A stretch of 64,000 nt of DNA. Source: the human T2T-CHM13v2.0 reference genome, Homo sapiens. The notes under the pieces were generated by a model that saw only the letters and a list, made by a program, of their open reading frames with translations, was not told the origin of the DNA and ran no database searches. The stretch lies in NCBI RefSeq assembly GCF_009914755.1, contig NC_060927.1; one strand, given 5' to 3'. The number at the start of each line of letters is the position of its first letter. The first letter of the stretch is position 1. Shown piece after piece: positions 13,639 through 27,309 of the stretch. The translations under genes were made by a program, and so were the position numbers.

Positions 13639-16600
13639 TCTTTTCCTTTTTGTACAAAGTTACGGGGAACATGTAAAATTTTATTACATGTATATAATTC
13701 ATAGTGATCAAGGCAGGGTAATTAGCATGTCTACCACCAGAGTAAAATATGTTTTCTTCAACTGTAGACACCCAGTCTTCTATTTAAGATTGAATTTATT
13801 TTTACAATCTTACTGTATATTTACACCCTTTAACCCACTTCTCTTTACCTTCATCTCCCTTTCCCTCTACTTATGCTTCCCAGTCTCTATTTTCTATCTT
13901 TTCCACTCCCTATCTCCATATGAGCAAATATTTTAGCTCTTGTAAGACTATGTCTTATTTGTCTTTTTGTGCCTGGATTGTGTAACCTAAAATGCAAATG
14001 ATATGATGTTATTCTTTGTTATGCCAGAATAGTGTTATATTGTTGTATATATACTACATATTCTTTATCCATTCATTGGCTGATGGCATTTAAGTTGATT
14101 TCACATCTATGCTATTATGAATAGTGCTGCAGTAAACATGGGAGTGCAGATATCCCTTTGATATATTGAGTTATTTTCTTTTGGTAGATACCTAGCAGTG
14201 GGATTGCTGGCTCTAACAGTAATTCTATTTTTATTTTTTTGAGAAATATCTATACTGCTTTTTATAGTAGCTATATTAGTTTACATCCCTACCACAAATA
14301 TGTGGGCACTCTCTCTTCTCTGCATCCTAGCCGACACCTATTTTTTGTCTTTTTAATAATAGCTATTGTGACTGGTGTGAGATGATATCTCATTTTGGTT
14401 TTGATTTGGATTTCTCTGATGATTAATTATGTTTAGCATTTCATTATATACCTCTTGAGTGTTTGTTTGTCTTAATTAGAGAAATATCTATTAGTGGTTT
14501 TTGTCTAATTTTTAATGGAATTATTTATATTTTTCCTGTTGAGCTGTTGGAGTTTCCCATATATTCTCAATATCAGTCCTCATTGGATGAATAGTTTGCA
14601 ATTATTTTCTCTCATTCAACAGATTGTTCACTCTGTTGATTATTTGTTTTGTGGAGCAGAAGCTTTTTAGTTTAATTGGGTCCCATTTGTCTATATTTCT
14701 TTACCTATGTTTGATTGCCTGTATTTTGAGGTCTTAGTCATAAATTATTTGCCTAGACCAGTTTCTGGAAGTGTTTTCCTCCAGTATTTTTAGTTTCAGG
14801 TCTTAATATTTAAATATTTAATCGATTTTGAGTTGATTTATGTATGTGGTGCAAAATAGGGGCCCAATTTCATTCTTCTGCAAGTGGCTATCCAATTTCC
14901 CCAGCATCATTTCTTGAAGGGTTTTTTTTTTCCCCAGTGGAATTTCCTGTTTACTTTGTTGAAGATCAGATGGATGTAAATATGTGACTTTATTATCGGG
15001 GGAACCAGCCCCCAATATTTCAACATAGGTTCTTTTCTATTTTCCCTAAGTGTCGGCTGGTCTAAGAAATAAAGAGAAAAAGTACAAAGAAATTTTACAG
15101 CTGGGCCTCCAGGGGTGCCATCGCATATTGATAGGACCATGATAGCGACCCCGAGCCACAAAACCAGCAAGTTTTTATTAGGGATTTCAAAAGGGGAGGG
15201 GTGTACGAATAGGGAGTGGGTCACAGAGATCACATGTTTTAAAGAGCAATAAAAGATCACAAGGCAAAAGGGCAGAGCAAGATCACAAGGCAAGGGTGAA
15301 ATTAGAATTACTGATGAGGGTCCATGTCCCACTGGGCACGCATTGTCTTGATAAACATTTTAACAGGAAACAGAGTTCAAGAGCAGAGAACTGGTCTGAC
15401 TAGAATTCACCAGGCTGGAATTTCCCAGTCTGAGCAAGCCTGAGGGTGCTGCAGGAGACCAGGGCGTATTTCATCCCTGCATAAGACAGACAATCCCAGA
15501 GTGGTCGTCTATAGGCCTACCCCTGGGAATGCATTCCTTCCCCAGGGTTATCAATTATTAATATTCCTTGCTGGGAAAAGAATTCAGTGATATTTCTCCT
15601 ACTCACATGTCCATTTATAGGCTCCCTGCAAGAAGAAAAATATGGCTCTATTCTGCCAGACTCCACAGGCAGTCAGACCTTATGGTTATCTTTCCTTGTT
15701 CCCTGAAAATCACTGTTATTCTGTTCTTTTTCAGGGTGTCCTGATTTCATATTGTTCAAACACCCATTTTTTACAATCAGATTTCATATTGTGCAAACAT
15801 ACGTTTTACAATTTGTACAGTTAATGCAATCATCACAGGGTCCTGAGGCGACATACATCCTCAGTTTACGAAGATGACAGGATTAAGAGATTAAAGTAAA
15901 GACAGGCATAGTAAATTATAAGAATATTGATTGGGGAAGTGAATAAATGTCCATGAAATCTTCACAATTTATGTTCTTCTGACGCAGCTTCAGCTGATCC
16001 CTCCTTTGGGGTCCCTGACTTCCTGCAACACTTTATTTCTGGGTTTGCTATTCTGTTCCATTGGTGTATGTGTCTTTTTTAAATAATACCATACTGTTTT
16101 TATTACTATGGCCTTGTAATGTATTTTAAAGTCAGGTAATGTGCTGCATCCAGCTTTGTTCTTTTCGCTCAGAATTTCTTTCAGTATTCAGCTGTTTTTT
16201 GTTTCCATGTAAATTTTAGGAATTTTTTCTTATTCTGTGAAAAATAACATTAATATTTCAATAAGCATTGTGTTGAACTCATAGATTACTTTGGGCAGTA
16301 TGATCTTTTTAATAATATTAATTTTTCTAATCCATGAGAATGGGATGCTATTTTCATTTGTGTCTTCTATAATTTTCTTCATCAGTGTTTTATAGTTTTT
16401 TCTTGTAGAGATCTTTCACGTCCTTGGTTAAACTTATTCCCAAGTATTTTTGTGGCTGTTATAAATGTGATTGGCTTCTTGATTTGGTCCTTAGCTAGAT
16501 CACTCTTGGTTTATAAAAATTCTACTGACTTTTGTGCACTGATTTTGTATCCTGAAACTTTACTGAATTCATTTGTCAAATCTAAGAGTTTTTTGGTGGA

Positions 16601-19600
16601 GTCTTTAGGTATTTTTATGTAAAAGATCTTATCAGCAATGAGGCACTATTTGACTTTCTGTTTTCAATTTTAATGTCTTTTATTTCTTTATCTAGCCTGA
16701 TCACTCTGGCTGGGACTTCCAGTACTATGTTAAATAAGAGTTGGAAAAGTGGGCATCCTTGACTTGTACCAGGTCTTAGAATGAAGGCTTTAAACATTTC
16801 TCCATTCAGCATAATGTTATCTGTGGTATTAATGTGATCTTTGTGTTTTGGGATTTGTTCCTTCTATCCCTAGTTTTTTGAGAGTTTTTATCATACAAGA
16901 ATGTTGAATTTTATTAATGCTTTTTCTGTGTCTATTGAGATAATCATGTGATTTTTGTTCTTCATTCTGCTCATGTGATATATCATGTTTATTGATGTGC
17001 ATATGCTGATGCATCTCTGGTATAAATCCCACGGTATCATTTTGTATTATCATTCTGATGTGCCGTTGGATTTGATTTGCTGGCATTTTGTTGAGGATTT
17101 TTGTGTCTAGGTATATTAGGATTATTAACGTGTAGTTTTCTTGTTGTTGTTGTTGTTGTGCCCTTGTCTGGTTTGCGTTTCAAGGTGATGCTCCCTCACC
17201 AAATAAGGCCTCTTCAATTTCACTGGATTAGCTCCAAGAGTATTGCTCTTAGTCTTCAGCTGTGAATCTATATTTTAATAAACTTTTCTTTCTTGGGAGA
17301 CTTTCTACTACTGATTCAATCTCACTGCTCATTATTAATCTGTTCGGGTTTTCTGTATCTTTCCGGCTTAATCTTGGTAGCTTGTATGGTTACAATAATT
17401 TCACTGTTTCCTTTAGGTTTTTCAGTTTGTAGTTGTATAGTTGTTATTTTAGTCTCTGGTGATTTCTTTTGCATTTCTATGGTATTAGTTGTAATGTATC
17501 CTTTATCATTTCTAAATTTATTTAAGTGATCTCTCTTCTTTTCTTGGTTAGTCTAGCTAGTGGTTTATAGTTTTTGTGTACCTTTTCAAATAATTAACTT
17601 TTTGATTCATTGATTCCCTGTAATTTTTTTGGTCTCTATTTCATTTAGTTTTTCTTTGATCTTTATTATTTCTTTCTTCTGGTACTTTTGGATTTGGCTG
17701 ATTCTTACTTTTCTAGTTTTCTGAAATTCATTGTTAAGACTGTTAATTTGTAATCTTTCTACTTCATTGATATAGGTATTTGTTTCCATAAGCTTCTCTC
17801 TTAGAAGTGCTTTTGCTGAATCCAACAGCTTTTGGTATGTTGTATTTTGATTTCATTTGTTTCAATAATGTTTTTGATTTCCATCTTAATTTTTTCATTG
17901 ACCCAATTGTCATTGAAGAATATGTTCATTAGGTTCTATGTGTTTGTATAGTTTCTAAACATTCTTTTGGTATTGATTTCTAGTTTTATTCTATTAAGGT
18001 CTGAGTAGATACTGACATGATTTCATTTTTTCCATTCTTTGAGATGTGTTTTGTGCCCTTACATATGGTTTATTTTGGGCAATATTCTATGTGCTAATAA
18101 AACAACAGTATATTGTGTATTTGCTGGATATAATGTTTTGTAAATGTCTGTTAGGTCCATTTGGTCTAATGTTCAGTTTAAATTCCATGTTTCTTAGCTG
18201 ATTATCTGTCAAAATGATCTTTCTAATGCTGTGAAAGGCATGTTCAAGTCTCTCACTATACTGTATGTCAGTCTCTCTTTAGATCAAGGAGTATTCACTT
18301 CATGAATCTAATGCTCCAGTGTTGGCTGAATACATATTTAAAATTCTTATACCCTTTTACTGTACTCATTATTTTATCATTATATAATTACCTTGTCTTT
18401 ATTCTACTGTTATTGCTTTGAAGTCTCTTTTATCTTATATGGGAATACAGACTCCTGATCATTTCCATTTGTAGAGAATGTCTTTTTTCAACCCTTTACT
18501 TTTAGTCTATATGTGTCTTTACAGGAAAGCCAGTTTCTTCTAGGCAGCGTATTTTTGAATCATGGTTTTTGTTTGTTTGTTTGTTTTGTTTTGTTTTCAG
18601 AATCTATTCAGTCATTTCTTTATAAGTGAGTAGGCACTTTTCTCTTGATACTTTTTGGATTTACTCTTTATCTTTTACTTTAGATTGTCTGATTATAATT
18701 TACCATGGAGAAGACATTTTGCATTGTATCTGGCTGAAGATCTATGAGCCTCCTATATCTGAATGTCTACATCTTTTGCTAGACATTGCGGGGTTTTCAT
18801 CTGTTGTTTTATTAAATAGATTTTCTAATCCTTTTATTTTCTCTTCATCCTCAGAAAAACCCAAAATTCATATATTTAATTGCTTTATGTTGTCCCAAAT
18901 ATCACCACGATTTGCTTATTTTTTTTTATTCTTTAGTTTTGTTTGATTGGGTTATTTCAAAAGTCCTGTCTTTAAGTTCTGACATTCTTTTTCCTGCCTG
19001 CTCTTATCTACTTTTTAAAATTTTCAAATGTATTTTGTTTTTTCTTCAATTAATTATTTAGTTCTAGAATGTCTGTTTTTAATACTATATCTTGTGTATA
19101 AATTTCTCATTAATATCGTAATTGTTTTTCTGATTTCTTTGTATTGTTGTTTAAAATTATCTTATTTCTTACTGAACTTCTATAAATCAATGTTTTGTAT
19201 TCTTTAACTGAAAATTTACAGATTTTTAAGAATTAAGATAAATTGCTGCAGAGTTATTGTGTTTCCTTGTAGATGTCATATTTCCTTGTTTTTTCATGTT
19301 TCCTGTGTCCTTATGTTGATAGTTGTGCATTTGGTATAACAGTCATTTCATCCTATTTTTGAATTTAATGACATAGTGGAATAGTTTTTATTGAAGATAT
19401 ATCTGCTGTGAATAGGGCACTTTGGCTTTGATTCTCGGTGCATGCAGTAATGTAGCCTCTGTATGATTTCTTTGGCTGTAAACAGCATTAATACTTTTGC
19501 TGATTTCTATGGAGGATTAAAGTGCACTTATTAGTGGAAGTTGCAGTAAAGTTTTGTTGGGAACTGAGAAGCTAGGTCAGCCAGTCTTTGGGCCCAGTGG

Positions 19601-20330
19601 TGGCAGCAGTGGCCTGAATGTGCCTGGTTTTGTGCCCCAAAGGTGTGTATTATGGCACCGGTGTTTGTGGTTACTTGTGGGCTGATTCTTGGGCCTTCAG
19701 GAGGCTTGCTTAAATTCTAGTTGTGACAGCAGTGGGCCAGACAAGTGAGCAGGTTCTCAGGTCTTGGGGTAGGCAATGACAGTAGCAGCGGTAAAATGAC
19801 CCTATGGGTCCCAAGAGGATAATGAAAGGACTCTGGGGAATGCAATAGCTCCCAGGATGTGGAGTAACAGGGATGCTTGTTCCCAGGGAAGGATGCAGTC
19901 TTGTGACAGCTGCACTTCAAAATGGTGCCCTGCCACAAATGTTCAGGTTTCATGGGAGGAGGTGACTGACAGCATGAGTTCCCTCTCTGCTGCAAGGCAT
20001 TCACTGGGTCTCCAAATTACTACCCATACTTGTGTTAGGATTTGTGTGCATAGAGGATCTCTCCCATGCTTCAGAATACAATAGTCTGTGAGTGGACTGC
20101 TTAAGCCCTTTTATTTACTCGTTCCATATAATACTGAACCCCTCCAGGCTTCTGGCCAAACTTAGCCACACTGGCTAGTTGCTTCCTTCTCCTTCTGTTT
20201 CTCAGTTTTTTCTGTGAGTTCTCTGTTGGACTCTAGTGTTGCCTCCTAGATATTCTATTTGAGGCATGATTGTCTATTCATACATTTTTTTTTCTAGAGA
20301 GGGAAAGTGTCTGATCTGGGCAGTCACAAA
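13639..20330 (-). mobile_element. Near-full-length degraded L1 (L1MA/L1PB grade) with internal deletions, interrupted by MER11
   Basis: Order on the minus strand is 5'UTR (about 19500-20330), ORF1 (about 18640-19400), ORF2, 3'UTR. ORF-track fragments match ORF2 RT: '[32 protein letters not shown]' and 'ANQIQRHIRMIIQNDTVGFIPEM'. Possible degenerate TSD tataatgacttcatc (13624-13638) / tatatgactttatc (20331-20344). Confidence 0.92.
14994..16030 (-). mobile_element. MER11 (A-like) solo LTR, HERV-K11/HML-8
   Basis: Minus strand begins TGTTGCAGGAAGTCAGGGACCCC and ends GGGGCTGGTTCCCCCGATA; perfect 6-bp TSD CTTTAT (14988-14993, 16031-16036); L1 text is continuous across it. Confidence 0.93.
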
Positions 20331-20416
20331 TATATGACTTTATCAAATTCAGGTATGAAGAAACTTTTTGTAAATCTCCTTATGTGTAGAAGGTATTCTT
20401 ATTATTATTATCATTA

Positions 20417-20690
20417 TTCAGAAAGAGTCTCTCTCTGTCACTCAGGCTGGAGTGCAGTTACACGATCTCCACTCAGTGCAACCTCTGCCTCCCAGGTTCA
20501 AGTGATTCTCCTGCCTCAGCCTCCTGAGTAGCTGGGATTACAGGTGTGCACCACCATACCCAGCTAATTTTTGGATTTTAATAGAGATGGGGTTTCACCA
20601 TGTAGGCCAGGCTGGTCTGAAACTCCTGACCTCAAGTGATCTGCCCACCTCAACCTCCCAAAGTGCTGAGATTACAGGCATGAGCCACCG
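20417..20690 (-). mobile_element. AluS (Sx-like), slightly 5'-truncated
   Basis: Reverse Alu motifs 'cctgcctcagcctcctgagtagctgggattaca' and 'gacctcaagtgatctgccc'; flanking direct repeat tattatcatta (20406-20416, 20691-20701). Confidence 0.93.
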
Positions 20691-21169
20691 TATTATCATT
20701 AATACCCTGTTTCTCTAATACAACCTAAATAGAAGGAAACATATTCAATAAGCTACAGTATGTTCTTTTAAATTATACAGTATATTAAGCTCTTCTTAAA
20801 TATCCATAAGACCAAAAACATCAAGGAGTAATTATGTTCTCCATAGTATTTCCATTGCCTGAAAGTTTTATTGAACCTTCTAAAATTTTTGGTTGTTTGG
20901 TTAATAGTGTGTTCCTGTAATTTTCCAGAAACACTTTTAATTCTAACCATCTATCAATCTATCAAACAAACCACCAAGTTAACATCAAAGTACAAAAAAT
21001 GCACGTTGTGTCTTGTCTCTACATATAATAATAAGTCGTAACCAGTAATAACTGAGGTGTGCTTTATACTTCTAAACACTTCACTAATTTCACGTCATAC
21101 AGTCCTGTTTACTAATTCACTGTGCATGTTGGAATATATTAGAGGAAGAAGAGGACAATAGGCTATCAG

Positions 21170-21350
21170 AAAGCAGATGGGCCTTGGAGTTAGATGATCC
21201 TGACATCCAAATTCTGCTTTCTAAATGTACTAGGGTTATGAGCTTATAAACAGTACTAAAACTCTGAACATCAGAATATCCATCCATAAAAAAGATCTAA
21301 AAACTATGAACTTCCAAAACTCAAAACTTCCAAGGTGTTATAAAGGTTAT
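21170..21350 (+). mobile_element. MIR fragment
   Basis: 'agcagatgggccttggagttagatgatcctg...actaaaactctgaacatcagaatatccatccataaaa'. Confidence 0.55.
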
Positions 21351-21734
21351 ATTTTTAGAAAAACTATGTGTTAGAAACCACCTTACAGAAGCTTTTGCAC
21401 TGGTGTATATTTTCTTCACTTTTACAGTGAATTGTTAAATTAATTTTACTATTACAGTGAATTATTATTTTATCACGTAGCCCTGGGGTCCATGGGCTGT
21501 TTCTAAAGGAAACTCACACTCTATGATGCTTATTTGGTGTTCAATAGTACTATTGCTATATGCAATCAAAACCTGTACCAAAGTGAATTAACTTGGGAAG
21601 CTTGACAGAAAATGATGTCCACAAACTTGGTTGACAAATTAAAGAATGCTGCTGAATTTTAGTAGTGAATTCATCCAGATTGAGTCTCATTAAGGTAGAG
21701 GATTTATTTTATGCTATTTACTCAGTGAGTCTCT

Positions 21735-21865
21735 ATCTCATTTTTTCTAATTATATTCGTGGATACCATTGTGGAATAATGATGATTGTAAGCTCTATTT
21801 CATAAATGGACTAAATGTATTTATAAGAATTTGTAATTTTCCTAAAGTTACCCAGGTAGTAAGAA
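21735..21865 (-). mobile_element. MIR fragment
   Basis: 'tctatttcataaatggactaaatg...taattttcctaaagttacccaggtagtaag' is the reverse MIR core. Confidence 0.5.
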
Positions 21866-23070
21866 CAAAAAATGCAAAATTAACCCTTTTCTTTATTTTT
21901 CCTCCTCTGTAGTTATCCTTCATATCAGGCCTTAAACTCAAATAACATTTAGACTTTTTTCTTTAAACAGGATTGGAAGTAGTAGAATGTATGTTACTTG
22001 AACTGCATTTTGTCATCAGAATATGATCCTTGAAACTAATGATTTTCAAAATGCTCACTTTCTACATCTTCCTGCACAGAGCATTCCCTAGACTCAATGT
22101 TCCAAAATCAAAACTAAAAAACAAGCCAGAAACTAATGTGAAACTGACTTTTGCTGCTTGACTGTTTGCTGTTATTTGTTTATGAAGGTTACTGAAGGGA
22201 AGACCAAGACATTTCCACTTGAAAGTACACAATACCCTGGATAGCTCTAAGATCCTAAAGGTAGCAAAGACAATATTGGAATGAAGGAAATCAATAGTCA
22301 CACTGAGTTACTAAACTAAAACCAAGAAACAATCCTGAACTCCAGGGCTATGTGATAAAATAACTTAATAATTCACTGCAATAGTAAAACTAATTTAATA
22401 ATTTACAGTAAAAGTAAAAATAGATACATCAGTGTTAGAGCTTCTGTAATTTTCTGAGATCAGAGTAGAAATTTATCAGCACATGAGCTGTTACTAAAAT
22501 GTTTAACTGTGAAGGTACAAGCTGATTCCATTCTTTTGTTAAGTAACATTTTGTAATTTTACTTTATAACTCTTCACTAAATTAATGATGCTTTAAATAT
22601 GTATATTTTAGGAGGTTGATATCTAATTTATAGGAGGATTCAAGTTTAAGGGTACATTTTAAAAGAACTTTATCTTAATGACCCTTTGAGTAACACTTTG
22701 AGAATATCTCATTATTTTTATGTTCAGATTCTCTGGGGCTATGAAAAATGAATGTCATTGCTGGAACTTATTTTTGTTGTTTTTCTTGCTGATATTTAGG
22801 AGACATTTATTTGAGCAATTTCTATCCATTCTCTGAACCACAATATAAGAATTCCTATAGAACTGTATAATAAGCGAGGTTAAGTCTGCTCTACAAATGT
22901 AGTTTTGGTCCATTTAGAATTAACGTTTCATGGTCAGTATGAACAATATTTTGTTACATGAGCTATTGCTTGCGTGCAAACAATGGACTAGAAAACATAA
23001 GCCGAAGAAAGGGTTTGCCAACTTGGAATTTTGGTCCTAATTCTTGTCATTAAAAATAATACTTTCCAAT

Positions 23071-23335
23071 TTAGCGGGGCAAGGGAGGAGGATTGCTTGA
23101 GCCCAGAGTTGGAGATCAGCCCGGGCAATATAGCAAGACCCTATCTCTATCAAAACTAAAAAATTATCCAGGTGTGGTGGTATACACCTATAGTCTTAGT
23201 TACTCAAGAGACTAAAGTGGAAAGATCATTGCACCTGGAAGGTTGAAGCTGCAATGAGCCATGATCATGCCACTACACTCCAGCCAAGGCAACAAAGTGA
23301 AGTGTTGTCTCAAAATAATAATAATGATAATAATA
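23071..23335 (+). mobile_element. AluJ, 5'-truncated
   Basis: J-type text 'ggaggattgcttgagcccagag' and 'gctgcaatgagccatgatcatgccact'; (AAT)n tail. Confidence 0.88.
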
Positions 23336-23519
23336 ATGCTTCCCAGTTAATATTAGTGTTCATAAATATTGTTTAAAACCTGCTTTCTACCTGCTTATGT
23401 TGCCTTCTTTTTATCTGAAGAAAAAAATCCCATTAACTTTAATTATTATGTGCAAGTAGTTCTTTTTTCTCCTTATTCAAAATAATTATTAATTATTCAT
23501 TTATTCAGATTACAAATAA

Positions 23520-24105
23520 TATTATTTTTAAATAAACATTTACTTTAGAGAAATTTACATTTACAAAATATTACAAACATTGTACAAAAAGATCCCATAT
23601 CCTTCATCCTCAGTTTATTCTATTTAATAACACCTTATGTAGTATGGTACATTTATTACAATAAATGAGCAATATTGTTATTATTAACAAAAGGTAAACT
23701 TTATTCATATATTCTTAATTTTTACCTGAGCGATTTCTATGTTTTATGAACCAATCAACAATATCACATTACATTAATAGTCATGTCCTTTTAGATGGCT
23801 GAGACAGCTTCCTAAATGTTCATGGTCTGAGATGATCTTGACAGTTTTGAGGAGTATTGATCCAGTATTTGGTAGAGTGTATCTCTATTTGAATTTTTCT
23901 TCAATGCTTTTTATTTGTATCAGATTGGGCTTATTGGTTTCTTGGAGAAAGATCACAGAGGTAAAGTGACATTTTAATCACACCATACCAACATGATTTA
24001 TTAATGTTGATATTAACCTTGATCACCCGGATGAGGTTTTTCTTGTCAGGTTTCCACACTGCAAAGGTATTTTTTTCTCCCTTCTCATACTGTCATCTCT
24101 GGAGG
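23520..24105 (-). mobile_element. L1MC/L1MD 3' UTR fragment
   Basis: 'gaaagatcacagaggtaaagtgacattt...ttaaccttgatcacccggatgagg...gtcaggtttccacactgcaaag'. Confidence 0.75.
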
Positions 24106-24109
24106 TGTC

Positions 24110-25010
24110 AAGTCAAACAGAAAGTCAAGAAGGAAGACAAAAACAAGGATACAAAAGAAATTTTAAGCCTCTGATGCCTACAACTACAGCAAATATTAAA
24201 CACAGCCTCTTATACAGATTTACATAAATCCAAACACTAAAGGTACATTTACTTAAGTTCCTATTTCCTGATACAAAACATGTTCTGCTTTCAAGTCATG
24301 CCAAAAAATGGACACAAACAAACAATAAAAACCAATTAAGCCACTGTCTGAAGAGACAAAGTAAGGATCAGAACAACATTCTAGTAAGACAATGATATTG
24401 AAATTATAATAATTTAAAAGTATCATGTTAATAAAATGAAAGGCTTTAATAAAAAATGTTGACAACATAAAAGAATTGATGAAGGGGTGGACCACATAAA
24501 AAGACAGTAGACAGCAACTCTAAGAATGAATCAAAAGAGAATTCTAGTAATCAAAAGCAGTATATCAGTAATGAAGAATAATTTAGATGGTACTCATCAG
24601 AAGACTAAAAGTGGCTGAGGAAAGAATTATGAACTTGAAAATAGATCAACAGAAACTTTCCATACTAAAAAGAAAATAGTGACTAGAATGAAGAAGGAGC
24701 AGGAAGAGGAGGAGGAGGAGAAGGAGAGAAAGGAGAAGAAGAAGGAGCAGAAACCAGAAAAGACCATCCTAGTGTTGTGAGCAATTTCAAAAGGTGTAAT
24801 GTATGCATTATAGAATATTAGAAGAAGAAATAAAGAATGGAGAAGCAATATTTACAGTAATAATAATCGAGATCAATAACTTTCCAAATTATTGACAGAT
24901 GCCAAAGCACAGATTCAAAAAGTTCAGAAAATACCAGACAGGATAAATTATAATTATAATTTTTAACAATAAAACATAAAATCAGGTCGATATTTAACAA
25001 AAGCAATTAT
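24110..25010 (+). mobile_element. Old L1M 5' UTR/ORF1 fragment with internal GA-rich expansion (about 24690-24750)
   Basis: 'taatgaagaataatttagatggtactcatcagaagacta...tgaacttgaaaatagatcaacagaaact' and 'actttccaaattattgacagatgccaaagcacagattcaaaaag' are ORF1-like. Confidence 0.7.
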
Positions 25011-25589
25011 ATTTAACATATCTGGGAAAATAAACTAACAGGGAATGAAAACATGAAGGAGTGGGATCATTATCATCCTTTCTAACTCTGTTTCTTTGAT
25101 TTGAAGCTGCAATTTAATTTTAAGTGACACAATGTAGTTAACATTTTTCTCTAACAGATGACTGGACTGAATGGACTTTCATCTTCCAAATGAAAGCTGC
25201 ATGAATAAAACCTATTCCCATAATGTCAGTGAATATGTGTTCTAGATAGTTTCCATATTTATTTGTATTCATTTAGAGTCCCAAGTTTGTTGTAGAAGAT
25301 ATAAAAAGTGATGATGTTGTTTAGAAATAGGTTTAGTGCTTATTGTCTTTTATTTGAAGCATTACTATTATAATTATGAACATTAGTAAGCTGACAAATC
25401 TAATTACTCCTCCAATTATATGCCTTATATGTTGTTTAGCTTTTTAATGCTTACTTTAATGGTTATTTTAAAATTAATACCACTAATATTGCTTTTAAAG
25501 ATATTACTATGGAAAAATTCTAACATGGTCTGTAGACACACTGTGTGTGTTGTGTCACTGTTGCCTTAAAATATGTGATTCATACTGCT

Positions 25590-26110
25590 TTTTGTTGTTA
25601 TTGTAAAATATACATAACATGAAATTGACAATTTTAAATATATTTAAATGAAGTTTTCAGTGGCAAATGAGGTACTTCTCATTAATATGCAATCATCACC
25701 AACATTCATCTCCAGAACTGTTTTATCATCACAAACTGAAACTGAGTATCCATTAAATAAACACTAACTTGTCATTACCCTCACCTCCTGCCCATGGCAA
25801 CCACCATTCTACTTTCTGTTTCTGAGTTTGGCTACTCTAGATACCATTTTAGTTGAAATAATAGAATATTTGTTCTTCTGTGCTTAACTTATTTCACTTA
25901 GCACGTTTTCAAGGGTCATTCATGTTGTAACATGTATAAAAATTTCTTTTTTTCAGGCTGATTAATATTACACACACACACACATACACACACACATATA
26001 TAACATTTTGTTAGTTTATTTATCTATTTATGGACATTTGAGTTGCTTTCACCTTTTGGCTATTGTGAATAATGGTGCAGTGAACATGGGTATGCAGATA
26101 TATTTATATT
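25590..26110 (-). mobile_element. L1MB 3' end, with (CA)n at about 25970-25997
   Basis: 'aaatatacataacatgaaattgacaatttt', 'catctccagaactgttttatcatcacaaactgaaac', 'ggctattgtgaataatggtgcagtgaacatggg'. Confidence 0.8.
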
Positions 26111-27309
26111 GCTTTACATTGCTTTTTTATAATGAACAGGAGAACTTCAATTAATAGAGATGTTTACTAAATGTGACAGTTTTGGTTATTCTTTGAACAA
26201 ATATAATAGCTTAAAAAAGGCCCCTCTTAAAACAGTCCTTTCCTGAAATATTTCTAACTACAGCTGATCCCACAATTACAGTTTTTTACACTGTCATATA
26301 CTACTTGAAGCTACTTATTTCGGTGAGGGTTGGGGGTTTCATTTCTTTACTCACCTGCATAAATCTGCTTAAACAGCACTATCAGCTAAGCTAATGAAAT
26401 CATGCATGTTTCCTTGAGCATCATAGCAGTATAAGTGCAAATCATCTTTCTGGATCCCGGAATGGCAGACACAGCTATGGCTGAATATTACATATTCATA
26501 TTACATAGCTTCATAGAATCCCCAATTTTAAAGTGTCTGAGACTTCCAAATTGCGTAATCCAAATTAAATGAAGGACTTTAAAAGTCAGCCTATCAGTTG
26601 AAATATCCAATAGGGACAAATTAGAGCCTTATATTTAAACACTTATTAGTATTAAATCAATATTTTTCAATAACCTATTTAGTCAAAAAGGGGCCAAGAG
26701 TCTTAGTTGGCAGAGTAGCTGAGTTTGTTTTACTTCCTTGTTGCTTGAGTACCTTAGAAATCATTCAACAGGACAGAGAAGATCATGTTGTATCATTAGC
26801 AATTCCATTTCACAATGAATATATAAAGGTCATAGAGTTTTGTAAATAAAATTACATACCAATAACATTCAAAGCAAAGCCATTGTAAATATGAGAAGCA
26901 GACTTCATTATACTTTTCTAACTTACAGATATATAAAGTATGCATAGGCGTAGGAATGGAATAAGAGCAAGACACACTTGCACACACATATATATATGTT
27001 TTTCCCTCTTAAACATACACATTTGTTTCCCCTCATATCTATATTTTTAGGAAAATTCTGCTGTTTTGTTGCAAGGTAATTTTATTTCCATATTTCTTTC
27101 ATTTTCATTATAATTCACGACAGTTTCTGGATAAATAAATATGTGTTAGCCAATACATTGATTGATTGATTGAGTGATTGATTTGCTCCAGGGGAGTAAA
27201 TTTAGGCAGCAAGATGGATGGTTTGAGCTTCAGTATCTGAAAGAAGGATGTTCATAATGAAATCCAGAAGGAAAGTGGGAAATTATGAGATTTTTTAGCT
27301 TCCGAACAT

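Noticed and set aside
14818-15824. 141-aa and shorter ORFs
   Set aside because: Lie within or across the MER11 LTR/L1 junction; chance open frames.
20417-23335. Oppositely oriented Alu pair as a dsRNA or editing substrate
   Set aside because: About 2.4 kb apart, different subfamilies, diverged; commonplace and no transcript evidence.
26345-26360. Strong isolated splice donors (minus-strand CAG|GTGAGT here; others near 46285, 57820, 61558)
   Set aside because: No convincing paired acceptor found; lone donors are common.
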